A stretch of DNA of 64,000 nucleotides from the NCBI GenBank assembly GCA_043814315.1, contig JBDRKE010000005.1, positions 28,220-92,219 of the forward strand. Direction: 5' to 3'. The first letter of the stretch is position 1; each line of letters begins with the position of its first letter. This document shows, in pieces, positions 25,404 through 33,491 of this stretch. Source of the stretch: Candidatus Omnitrophota bacterium. GTDB taxonomy: Bacteria > Omnitrophota > Gorgyraeia > Gygaellales > Profunditerraquicolaceae. The notes beneath the pieces were generated by a model, which was given only the letters and a program-made list of their open reading frames with translations, searched no databases and was not told the DNA's origin. The translations under genes and the position numbers were made by a program.

Positions 25404-26927
25404 ATGGAAAAACGCTTAATATTAGCCATGGCTTTGTCTTTATTGTTGTTGTTAGCATGGTCGGCCATGATGCCAAAGCAGCAACATATTGATAATAAAG
25501 AGGTTAGGGATGATGACTTACCTTTTGTTGATGCTCCTGAAAAGACCCTCTCCTCTCTCTCTGCTCGGCCAAGCATAAAAGACGCCAAAGTTATAGAGTT
25601 TCACCAGGACAGGTACACTATTTCTTTTATAGAATCACTGGCTGCTATTAAAGAGGTTATATTTAATGATTATCAGTCTGCCGCACTCACTTTACAAAAC
25701 GGACTTTTGCTGGATGACACATCCCTTTCTTTTAGCAAGCAGAATAGTAGCGCGAATGAAATCAGCTTTTTACATCTTGACCAAAGTAGAAAGGTTATAA
25801 AAAAATTTATTTTTTCTAAATCTCTCTACGACATACAGTTAGAGATTACCATTGAAAACCTGTCGGATGCTCCCCTTACCTCACTATCCCCCCTTGTATT
25901 AGGAACGCTTGATTTCTCTTCCAAAAATCCTGATGCCCGCTATCAGGATGTTACCGTGGCTACTAAAGAAAAAGTTAAACATGAGAGCCCCAAAAAAGAC
26001 TTAAATTTAAAAGACGTGGATTTCCTGGCTTTACGAGATAGGTATTTTTGCGCGATTATTGAGCCTGAGCTTGGCCCTCTTGAAGGCTATATAAAAAAGG
26101 CAGGTAACCACGATTCTGAAATTGGCCTGGGCCCCAGGGCCATTTTCTTGCCACCTGGCCAAGCAGTAAAAGAAATATTTCATATCTATTTGGGGCCACA
26201 AGACTTAAAGCTAATTCAAGGCGTAAATTCAAGGTGGGCCGCAGTTGTCCATTATGGCACATTTGATTTTATTTCTCAGATTCTCTTGCAACTATTACAG
26301 TTTTTTTATGGCTTAGTCCATAATTGGGGTTGGGCCATTATTATTCTTAGCATTGCTGTATATCTTGCGCTCTTCCCTCTTAGTTTAAAACAAATGCGTT
26401 CTATGAAAGAAATGCAAGCCTTACAGCCCCACATTGAGGAGTTAAAGAGGCTTTATAAAGATAACCCTCAGAGAATGCAGAAAGAACAAATGGAGCTATT
26501 TCGTAAGCATAAAGTTAATCCTTTCGGAGGATGCCTTCCCCTGCTCCTTCAGATGCCCATATTTTTTGCCTTATATCAAACATTGATGCGCTCCGTATTT
26601 TTGCGTGGTGCAACTTTCTTGTGGATAAAAGACTTATCAGGCCCAGACCGATTGTTTAGCCTGCCTTTTCCAAAACCTTTTGATGCCTTTAACCTGCTGC
26701 CCATTTTGATGACCATCGGAATGTTTATTCAACAAAAAATTACTACAGCGTCTGCTACCGGCGGTAGTTCAGCAGAGCAACAGAGAATCATGATGATTAT
26801 GATGCCCCTTTTGTTTGGGTTTATTTTTTATTCTATGCCCGCAGGATTGGTTTTATATTGGTTTATTAATAGCACGCTCATGTTGGCAAATCAATTTTAT
26901 CAGTTGAACACAGGCCGAATAAAATGA
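25404..26927 (+). CDS. yidC: Membrane protein insertase YidC
   Basis: Signal-anchor, periplasmic domain, and the conserved C-terminal 5-TM core (LPLLLQMPIFFALYQ...). Confidence 0.95.
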   Translation: MEKRLILAMALSLLLLLAWSAMMPKQQHIDNKEVRDDDLPFVDAPEKTLSSLSARPSIKDAKVIEFHQDRYTISFIESLAAIKEVIFNDYQSAALTLQNGLLLDDTSLSFSKQNSSANEISFLHLDQSRKVIKKFIFSKSLYDIQLEITIENLSDAPLTSLSPLVLGTLDFSSKNPDARYQDVTVATKEKVKHESPKKDLNLKDVDFLALRDRYFCAIIEPELGPLEGYIKKAGNHDSEIGLGPRAIFLPPGQAVKEIFHIYLGPQDLKLIQGVNSRWAAVVHYGTFDFISQILLQLLQFFYGLVHNWGWAIIILSIAVYLALFPLSLKQMRSMKEMQALQPHIEELKRLYKDNPQRMQKEQMELFRKHKVNPFGGCLPLLLQMPIFFALYQTLMRSVFLRGATFLWIKDLSGPDRLFSLPFPKPFDAFNLLPILMTIGMFIQQKITTASATGGSSAEQQRIMMIMMPLLFGFIFYSMPAGLVLYWFINSTLMLANQFYQLNTGRIK

Positions 26928-27124
26928 AACCAAAGACGGGCATCGAAGTCGAGGGCACATCAGTTGAAGAAGCAATTAAGAAGGCATTAGCGCAACTAAG
27001 ACTGGCTCGCGACAAGGTAAAGATAGAAATCCTCTCCGAAGGAGTCAAGGGCCTTTTTGGAATGCCAGGCGCAAAGCCGGCCAAGATTCGAGTTACCATT
27101 ATTAAAGATAAAGAAAAGGCTTGA
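26924..27124 (+). CDS. Jag N-terminal domain protein (truncated KhpB/Jag, lacking KH and R3H domains)
   Basis: EVEGTSVEEAIKKALAQLRL...GLFGMPGAKPAKIRV matches the Jag_N domain. Only 66 aa, whereas Jag proteins are normally 200-250 aa. Confidence 0.55.
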   Translation: MKPKTGIEVEGTSVEEAIKKALAQLRLARDKVKIEILSEGVKGLFGMPGAKPAKIRVTIIKDKEKA

Positions 27125-27167
27125 CAAATCATAAGAATTTGAAGATAATTAATATAGGTTTTATAAA

Positions 27168-27215
27168 ATGTTCCCCGTGAAAATATTCCAGTTGGAACAT
27201 TTTCACGGGGAACAT
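27168..27215. repeat. 48-bp near-perfect palindrome (two 22-bp arms, 4-bp centre AGTT)
   Basis: atgttccccgtgaaaatattcc-agtt-ggaacattttcacggggaacat, one mismatch between arms. Lies between the Jag_N gene and the LAGLIDADG gene. Could be a terminator or an endonuclease recognition site. Confidence 0.6.
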
Positions 27216-27238
27216 TTGTATTAATTTCTTCAATCATT

Positions 27239-27688
27239 ATGTTGAATCCTTGGTATATAACTGGGTTTGCAGATGGAGAAGCAGCCTTTACTTACAGTAG
27301 GCAGGGAGGTACCTTCTCCATGTATTTTGCCATTAAACAAAGAGAAGACAATCAGCAAATAGTAGAGGAGATTCAAGGTTATTTTGATTATGTAGGGAAT
27401 ATTTATAAAGGAAAAGAATCAAAAAGTTATTTAAAAGGCGGCCTTACTAAACAATCTTCTTATTACCGGGTTACGAGAATTAATGAACTCAAGAGAATTG
27501 TAGAGCATTTTGATAGATATCCTTTGCAAAGTGGGAAAAAACAAGAAGTCTATAAGGCCTGGCGCGAGATGGTGATACACAAGCTTGAAAATTATCGAAG
27601 CATAGATTATGATAAACTTAGATATTTAGCAGAAAGACTTTCGCGCTTGAATACCCAAAGCCGAGCCTTTAAAGTGCATAAAAAATAA
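27239..27688 (+). CDS. Free-standing single-motif LAGLIDADG homing endonuclease
   Basis: N-terminal WYITGFADGEAAF is a canonical LAGLIDADG motif, present once, as in homodimeric I-CreI-like enzymes. 149 aa. Not within an intein or intron. Confidence 0.75.
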   Translation: MLNPWYITGFADGEAAFTYSRQGGTFSMYFAIKQREDNQQIVEEIQGYFDYVGNIYKGKESKSYLKGGLTKQSSYYRVTRINELKRIVEHFDRYPLQSGKKQEVYKAWREMVIHKLENYRSIDYDKLRYLAERLSRLNTQSRAFKVHKK

Positions 27689-28482
27689 TGGGTAAAATTA
27701 TCGCTATTTGCAATCAGAAGGGCGGGACAGGCAAAACGACCTCTGCTATTAACTTAGCTACCTATTTTGCCATCGGCGGAAAAAAAACGCTGCTTATTGA
27801 CTTAGATCCCCAGGCAAATGCCACCAGCGGCTTAGGGATAAACAAACATGATATTAAGAAAAGCACATACCACATTCTTCTAGAAGAATGTGGTCTTCAG
27901 GAGATTTTACAATCCACAGCTATAGCCAATTTAGTTTTAGCGCCATCCAATTTAGATTTAACTGGAGCTGAAATAGAGCTCGTAGGAGCTTTGGGCAGAG
28001 AGTATAGATTGAAGAGAGCGCTCTCAAAAGAAAAAGATAATTTTGATATATTGATTATAGACTCGCCACCCTCATTGGGGTTGTTAACTATAAATGCCTT
28101 ATGCGCTGCCAATAGTGTTCTCATACCGGTTCAATGCGAATATTATGCGTTAGAAGGATTAACGCAACTATCTAATACTATTAAGCTTGTGAAAGACAAT
28201 CTTAATCCGGCCCTTGCGATAGAAGGCGTGCTTCTTACCATGGCTGATTTTCGTACTAATTTAACCAAAGAAGTAATTCATGAAGCCAGGACTAATTTTA
28301 AAGGAAGGGTTTATGAAACAGTGATTCCCCGCAGCATTAGGCTCACCGAGGCACCGAGCTTTGGGAAGCCAATAGCCTTGTATGATAAAGATTCGATAGG
28401 TGCCATAAAATATGAGGAGCTAACGAGAGAGATGCTGGGGATTCCTATCGTCGCTCAATCTATAAAAGAAGGAGACACATGA
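27688..28482 (+). CDS. parA: Chromosome partitioning ATPase ParA/Soj
   Basis: KGGTGKTT deviant Walker A; 264 aa. Confidence 0.95.
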   Translation: MGKIIAICNQKGGTGKTTSAINLATYFAIGGKKTLLIDLDPQANATSGLGINKHDIKKSTYHILLEECGLQEILQSTAIANLVLAPSNLDLTGAEIELVGALGREYRLKRALSKEKDNFDILIIDSPPSLGLLTINALCAANSVLIPVQCEYYALEGLTQLSNTIKLVKDNLNPALAIEGVLLTMADFRTNLTKEVIHEARTNFKGRVYETVIPRSIRLTEAPSFGKPIALYDKDSIGAIKYEELTREMLGIPIVAQSIKEGDT

Positions 28483-29336
28483 TGGAAAGAAAAGCTCTAG
28501 GTAAAGGAATTGGTGCCTTAATACCTGAAAAGGAAACAGGGCGCAAGAATGAGATTGTTTATGTCCAATCTGAAGAAATAAAACCAAATCCTTTCCAACC
28601 CAGAGAAGACTTTGATAACCAAAGCATAGAAGAATTGGCACAATCCATAAAAGAAAAAGGAGTGATTCAGCCTTTACTGGTTAGGCGTAAGGCTGACTTT
28701 TATGAGTTGATAGCAGGAGAAAGAAGGCTAAGGGCTGCTAAGCTTTTGAACCTTAATGAGTTACCAGTTATTGTCAAGGATGTTGAGGATAAAGACTCAT
28801 TAGAATTGGCATTGATAGAGAATATTCAAAGGCAAGGACTCAATCCTATTGAAGAAGCACGTGCTTATCAACACTTGATGGATAAATTTCAAGTAACGCA
28901 AGAAAAGATCAGCGATGCCATTGGCAAGTCAAGGTCGGGAATTGCTAACACATTGCGTTTATTGAAGTTACCGCAAGAAATACAGGAGGAACTGAAAAAA
29001 GGGCGTATTTCTTATGCCCATGGCCGAACCCTGTTAGAAATAGAGGATGCTAATCAGCAGAGAAAACTGGCACAGATGGTTATCGCTAACGGCCTTTCCG
29101 TGCGTGAGCTGGAGAATTTAATCAAATCGCGCCGTATCAAAGGGGCAAAAAGAAGGATGGGGCCATCTGTGCATGATCCTCTTGTCGCCGCTCTAGAAGA
29201 AGAGTTGCAGCATATTCTGGCGACTAAGGTGAGGATCAGCAAGAGGAAGAAGCGCGGCCATATTCAAATTGAGTTTTATTCTCATGAAGATCTGGAAAGG
29301 ATCGTGAAAGTATTAAAAGGGAGCGTGAAAAGATGA
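28479..29336 (+). CDS. parB: Chromosome partitioning protein ParB/Spo0J
   Basis: ParB N-terminal box (LIAGERRLRAAKLL) and HTH; 285 aa; overlaps parA. Confidence 0.95.
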   Translation: MMERKALGKGIGALIPEKETGRKNEIVYVQSEEIKPNPFQPREDFDNQSIEELAQSIKEKGVIQPLLVRRKADFYELIAGERRLRAAKLLNLNELPVIVKDVEDKDSLELALIENIQRQGLNPIEEARAYQHLMDKFQVTQEKISDAIGKSRSGIANTLRLLKLPQEIQEELKKGRISYAHGRTLLEIEDANQQRKLAQMVIANGLSVRELENLIKSRRIKGAKRRMGPSVHDPLVAALEEELQHILATKVRISKRKKRGHIQIEFYSHEDLERIVKVLKGSVKR

Positions 29337-29836
29337 ATCAGGCGGCATTAATTCTTATAAAACCCGATGGGCTGAAAAAATCTTTGACCGGAAACATTTT
29401 GACGCGCCTATCCGAAACCAAATTAGAGATTGTGGCCGCAAAGATGGCGCGCGTTCCCAGGGAGCTGGCAGTCAGGCACTATGACCATTTGAAAGATAAG
29501 CCCTTTTTTGAAGACATTATACGTTATTTGCGCGGGGAGCTGCACGACAGGCGCAAAGTAATGGCCCTGGTGTATTGGGGAGAGCAGGCTATCAAAAAAT
29601 GCAGGGAACTGGCAGGCGCCACTAACCCCGAAGAAGCAGACCCGACATCCATACGCGGTTCTTACGGAAGAATCACCACGAGCGGCGTTTACGAAAATGT
29701 TATCCACGTCTCATCCAATGAGCTTGAGGCCGAAAGAGAAATAAAGTTGTGGTTCTCGCCCGAGGAGATTATTGTGGATTTATACCCAGCCCAAGAGGCA
29801 ACGGAAAAAGAACAAAAAAGAATAGTGTGGGCTTAA
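29333..29836 (+). CDS. ndk: Nucleoside diphosphate kinase
   Basis: LIKPD, KPFF, GATNP, IRG, NVIHVS and REIKLWF motifs align with Ndk. Confidence 0.8.
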   Translation: MNQAALILIKPDGLKKSLTGNILTRLSETKLEIVAAKMARVPRELAVRHYDHLKDKPFFEDIIRYLRGELHDRRKVMALVYWGEQAIKKCRELAGATNPEEADPTSIRGSYGRITTSGVYENVIHVSSNELEAEREIKLWFSPEEIIVDLYPAQEATEKEQKRIVWA

Positions 29837-29957
29837 AAATAAGGCATCCTATAACGGAAAAATAGAGGATGTCTCAAGGTGCATAGCCAGGACAAAAGTT
29901 GCCAAGTCAGGAGATTAATGGTTTAATCTCTGTAATTTGTATTAACAATCTGTGTCT

Positions 29958-29985
29958 TCAGGCATAATCAATGATTATGCCTGAT
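29958..29985. promoter_or_regulatory. 13-bp perfect inverted repeat (TCAGGCATAATCA-A-TGATTATGCCTGA) upstream of yicC; candidate operator
   Basis: Read directly. Lies 20-47 nt upstream of the likely yicC start at 30005. Confidence 0.35.
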
Positions 29986-30004
29986 GATTATACCGGGAGC
30001 TAGA

Positions 30005-30832
30005 ATGATAAAAAGCATGACGGGCTTTGGGAGCCAAGAGGCGGATGTTTCGCCCCTGGGCAAAGTCAACGTAGAGCTAAAGAGTTCCAACCATAAATTT
30101 CTTGAGGTCGTCTTTCACTTGCCAGAGGAACTCTTTTTTTTAGAAGACAAGATTAAAAAAATCATTGAGGCCAAGGTTAAAAGAGGGCGCTTGACGTGCG
30201 TCATAACCGTGATGGGCGTTAAATCCTCCAGCGTCTATATCAATAGGGATTTGTTGCAAAGCTACATTTCGAAAATTAGGGGTATCAAAGAGCAATTTAA
30301 GATCAGGGATGAGGTTGGCATCAACACATTAATACATCTGCCGGGGGTTTTATCTTTGGGGGCCAGCAAGGTCCCAAGGGGCAATCTTTGGCCGAAGATG
30401 AAAACCGTGGTTTCTGGCGCCCTAGATGGTCTCGTCAAGATGCGTCAGAAGGAGGGGCGCTCGACCTTTGGTTTTTTAAAAACAAGAGCCGAGGCCCTCT
30501 CGAACAACTTGAATTATATAAAGTCCAGGTTCAGAAAAGTTTTAAAGGAAAAGCTGGCCCAGATTCCAACAGACGAGGAGCGCTCTGCTTTCATAAAAGA
30601 TACGGATATTGCAGAAGAGATCGAAAGGCTGGCCTTCCATATCCGTAACTTCAAGAGTAAGATTGTAAAAAACGGCTCTGTGGGAAAAGAATTAGATTTC
30701 ATTGCTCAAGAGATGCAGCGCGAGGCCAATACGCTGGCTGCCAAATCTTTTTTGGCCAGCATCTCATCCAGGGTCGTGCAGATGAAAAGCCAGATCGAAA
30801 AGATCCGGGAACAGGTGCAGAACATAGAATAA
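30005..30832 (+). CDS. yicC: YicC family protein (DUF1732)
   Basis: MIKSMTGFG N-terminus is the YicC hallmark. The track ORF starts at 29984, but the start is more likely 30005. Confidence 0.85.
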   Translation: MIKSMTGFGSQEADVSPLGKVNVELKSSNHKFLEVVFHLPEELFFLEDKIKKIIEAKVKRGRLTCVITVMGVKSSSVYINRDLLQSYISKIRGIKEQFKIRDEVGINTLIHLPGVLSLGASKVPRGNLWPKMKTVVSGALDGLVKMRQKEGRSTFGFLKTRAEALSNNLNYIKSRFRKVLKEKLAQIPTDEERSAFIKDTDIAEEIERLAFHIRNFKSKIVKNGSVGKELDFIAQEMQREANTLAAKSFLASISSRVVQMKSQIEKIREQVQNIE

Positions 30833-31447
30833 GTGGCGCTAAAAAAGAATAAAATCAGGGGGCTCGTTTTTGTGGTTTCCGGGCCATCGGGTTCAGGCAA
30901 AACCACTCTCCTGAAGCAGCTGCTTCAGGATAAGCCGCTCAGCAAGAAACTGGTAAAGTCCATTTCTTTGACCACCCGGCCTCAAAGGTCAAACGAAAAG
31001 AGCGGCCATGACTATTTTTTTGTTTCGCAGGAGGATTTCAGGAGAGCTCGCAAAGCAAAAAAAATCCTTGAATGGACCAAGTATTTGGGCTATTATTACG
31101 CCACGCCGAAAGACTTTGTGGATAAGCAGTTAGGCCAAGGTAAACACATAGTTTTGTGTTTGGAGCTAAAGGGGGCCCTTGCCGTCAAAAGGCTTTATCC
31201 AGAAAATACGGTTACGGTTTTTGTGACTCCACCTTCCTTAAAGACGTTACAGCACAGGATCGGCAAGCGTTGCTATAAAACCAAAAAAGAAGAGATCAGG
31301 GAACGGTTGAAATTGGCCCGGCAGGAGATACTGGATTCTTGCAGGTATGATTATTGCTTGGTGAATAATAATTTGGTCCGGGCTGTTAAGTCGTTTAAAG
31401 ACATTATTATTAACGAAATAAGCGCAAAGGAGCAAAGGAGCTTATGA
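30833..31447 (+). CDS. gmk: Guanylate kinase
   Basis: GPSGSGKTTL P-loop; 204 aa; yicC-gmk-rpoZ synteny. Confidence 0.9.
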   Translation: MALKKNKIRGLVFVVSGPSGSGKTTLLKQLLQDKPLSKKLVKSISLTTRPQRSNEKSGHDYFFVSQEDFRRARKAKKILEWTKYLGYYYATPKDFVDKQLGQGKHIVLCLELKGALAVKRLYPENTVTVFVTPPSLKTLQHRIGKRCYKTKKEEIRERLKLARQEILDSCRYDYCLVNNNLVRAVKSFKDIIINEISAKEQRSL

Positions 31448-31653
31448 CTTACGTAGTCTTGGAAAAGCTTTTGGACAAGAGTTGTGATTCCATTTATAAG
31501 TTGGTGATCCTGGCCTCTAAGAGGGCCCTTGAGATTGCCGAAGGCCAGCCGAAACTCGTGGAGGCAGCCGCAGCTACCAAGCCCTCGACCATAGCCTTGC
31601 AGGAGGTTGCTGAGGAGAAGATCAAGTGCAAAAAAATAAAACCGAAAGATTAG
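31444..31653 (+). CDS. rpoZ: DNA-directed RNA polymerase subunit omega
   Basis: 69 aa; KLVILASKRALEI motif; follows gmk. Confidence 0.85.
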   Translation: MTYVVLEKLLDKSCDSIYKLVILASKRALEIAEGQPKLVEAAAATKPSTIALQEVAEEKIKCKKIKPKD

Positions 31654-31657
31654 AGAC

Positions 31658-32197
31658 GTGAAACCAGAGAAAAACATTATCTTGGGGGTGACGGCAAGCA
31701 TTTCTATTTACAAGGCCTGCGAGATCGTGCGTCGGTTAAGAGACCAGCCTTTTTCTGTAACGGTGGTTATGACCGAGGAAGCGAAGGAGTTGATCAAGCC
31801 TATTGTGTTTCAGGGCCTTTCGGGTAACCGCGTTTATGACAGCTTATTTGGCGACACGCAGGCCCCGGAGATAGGGCATGTATCCCTGGCAGAAAGGGGA
31901 GACTTGATATTAGTGGCGCCGGCAACCGCCAATATTATTGGCAAGATCTCAGGGGGCATCTGCGACGATTTGTTGACATGCGTTATCAGCGCCACGCGGG
32001 CTCCGGTCGTGATTTGTCCGGCGATGAATGAGAATATGTATAGGAACAAAATCGTTCAGGAGAACATCAAGAAGCTCAAGAGCCATGGGTATAAATTCGT
32101 TGAGCCGATCAAGGGAAGGCTGGCTTGCGGAAAGTTCGGCATCGGCTGCTTGGCCGAGGTGGAGACGATAGTTAAAGAGGTCAAACGAATTATTTGA
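31658..32197 (+). CDS. coaC: Phosphopantothenoylcysteine decarboxylase (flavoprotein, CoaC domain only)
   Basis: 179-aa flavoprotein domain (ILGVTASISIYKA...). No CoaB ligase domain is fused. Confidence 0.75.
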   Translation: MKPEKNIILGVTASISIYKACEIVRRLRDQPFSVTVVMTEEAKELIKPIVFQGLSGNRVYDSLFGDTQAPEIGHVSLAERGDLILVAPATANIIGKISGGICDDLLTCVISATRAPVVICPAMNENMYRNKIVQENIKKLKSHGYKFVEPIKGRLACGKFGIGCLAEVETIVKEVKRII

Positions 32198-32254
32198 TGC
32201 CTCGGCTTCGCATGAGTATTAATGATGAGGGTAATCGAACCATAGATTAATTAT

Positions 32255-32327
32255 GGCGTGGTACCCAAGTGGTCAAGGGAGTTGTCTGCAAAACAACTAT
32301 TCACCGGTTCGAGTCCGGTCCACGCCT
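32255..32327 (+). tRNA. tRNA-Cys (anticodon GCA)
   Basis: Acceptor GGCGTGG/CCACGCC, anticodon loop CTGCAAA, T-loop TTCGAGT, discriminator U. Confidence 0.85.
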
Positions 32328-32459
32328 TAAATTTTGCGTAGCAAAATTTACTCCTCGCGATACATCAAGTTTTTATTTAGGTTTGAGCGAGGAGCTAAGA
32401 ATGCGCAGCACCGCGCAGCGCGCGGTGTAATTCGCTGACAAGAAATAGCGGGCGAATTA

Positions 32460-32542
32460 GGGCAAGTGGTGGAATGGCTTACACGATGGACTTAAAATCC
32501 ATTGGCCGCAAGGTCGTGAGGGTTCGACTCCCTCCTTGCCCA
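32460..32542 (+). tRNA. tRNA-Leu (anticodon TAA), type II with long variable arm
   Basis: Acceptor GGGCAAG/CTTGCCC, anticodon loop CTTAAAA, long variable arm, T-loop TTCGACT. Confidence 0.85.
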
Positions 32543-32619
32543 TGAAATTTTGCAAGGCAAAATTTCATCCCGAGCAGCGACAGGGAAACATATAGGCTGC
32601 GAGGGATTACCTTTTTTGC

Positions 32620-32697
32620 GGGCGCTTAGCTCAGTTGGTTTAGAGCGTTTCCTTGACATGGAAAAGGCCACGGGTTCGAATCCTGTAGCGCCCACCA
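32620..32697 (+). tRNA. tRNA-Val (anticodon GAC) with encoded CCA
   Basis: Acceptor GGGCGCT/AGCGCCC, D-arm GCTCAGTTGGTTTAGAGC, anticodon loop TTGACAT, T-loop TTCGAAT. Confidence 0.85.
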
Positions 32698-32705
32698 TAT
32701 TAAAA

Positions 32706-33305
32706 ATGTTAAAGAAAAAGCTACTGCAGAAACTGTATTACGATAAAAAACTTTCTATGTGGGATATCGCAAGAGTTATTTCAGTGACCCCTCCGACTGT
32801 TATATATTGGATGAAAAAGCATGGTTTAAAAAGACGCTCAAATAGCGAATGCGCTTATGTAAAGCAAAATCCAAACGGAGACCCATTTAGGATCAAAATT
32901 AAATTAACAAAAAATGATAAAGAACTTTTATTATGTGGCTTTATGTTGTATTGGGCAGAAGGAAGCAGGAAAAATAAACATACGATACAAATGGCTAATT
33001 TAGACCACAGGCTAATTTCGTTATTTATAAAATTTTTAAAGAGAATCTGCAGAGTTAAAGAAGAAAAGGTTTGCCTTAACATACAACTTTATAGAAGATT
33101 TGATAAAGAAATCACTAGGAATTACTGGTCAAGAATCTTAAAAGTTCCAAGGCGGTTTATCTCAGTCAACATACATTCTGATACAAGAAGCAAGCCTAAC
33201 AGTCAATGGTCGAAATATGGTATTGCCAGAATAGAAATTCGCAATGTGAAATTGAAACGGTGGATCGATAGTGCATTAGAGAACTATTTAGCTAAATGGG
33301 TTTAA
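32706..33305 (+). CDS. HTH-containing protein with a degenerate LAGLIDADG-like segment, inserted after tRNA-Val
   Basis: The track ORF 32550..33305 overlaps tRNA-Leu and tRNA-Val, so the realistic start is MLKKKL at 32706. The N-terminus has an HTH (SMWDIARVISVTPPTVIYWMKKHGL). LLCGFMLYWAEGS loosely resembles a LAGLIDADG motif. Followed by a tRNA 3'-end-like remnant. Confidence 0.35.
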   Translation: MLKKKLLQKLYYDKKLSMWDIARVISVTPPTVIYWMKKHGLKRRSNSECAYVKQNPNGDPFRIKIKLTKNDKELLLCGFMLYWAEGSRKNKHTIQMANLDHRLISLFIKFLKRICRVKEEKVCLNIQLYRRFDKEITRNYWSRILKVPRRFISVNIHSDTRSKPNSQWSKYGIARIEIRNVKLKRWIDSALENYLAKWV

Positions 33306-33335
33306 GAGGTCCGAATCCTCTTGGGCCCACCACCA
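33306..33335 (+). other. tRNA 3'-end-like fragment (T-arm plus acceptor plus CCA), candidate att-like remnant
   Basis: GAGGTCCGAATCCTCTTGGGCCCACCACCA resembles the tRNA-Val 3' end ACGGGTTCGAATCCTGTAGCGCCCACCA. No matching 5' half was found. Confidence 0.35.
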
Positions 33336-33491
33336 TTTGAATTTTTCTTGTCGAAAAATTCAAATGGCACTCAAGCGAGCGTAGCGAGGCAGTCCTGTGG
33401 CTTTCGGCCTTAGGATAATTCGCCGATAAGAAATAGAGGACGAATTAACAAGCCGAGCAGCGAGCGGAGTGCCTAAGAAACAAATTACACG

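Noticed and set aside
32550-32705. N-terminal 52 codons of the track ORF 32550..33305 and minus ORF 32492..32698
   Set aside because: Both overlap tRNA-Leu and tRNA-Val; the translation is tRNA sequence read as protein.
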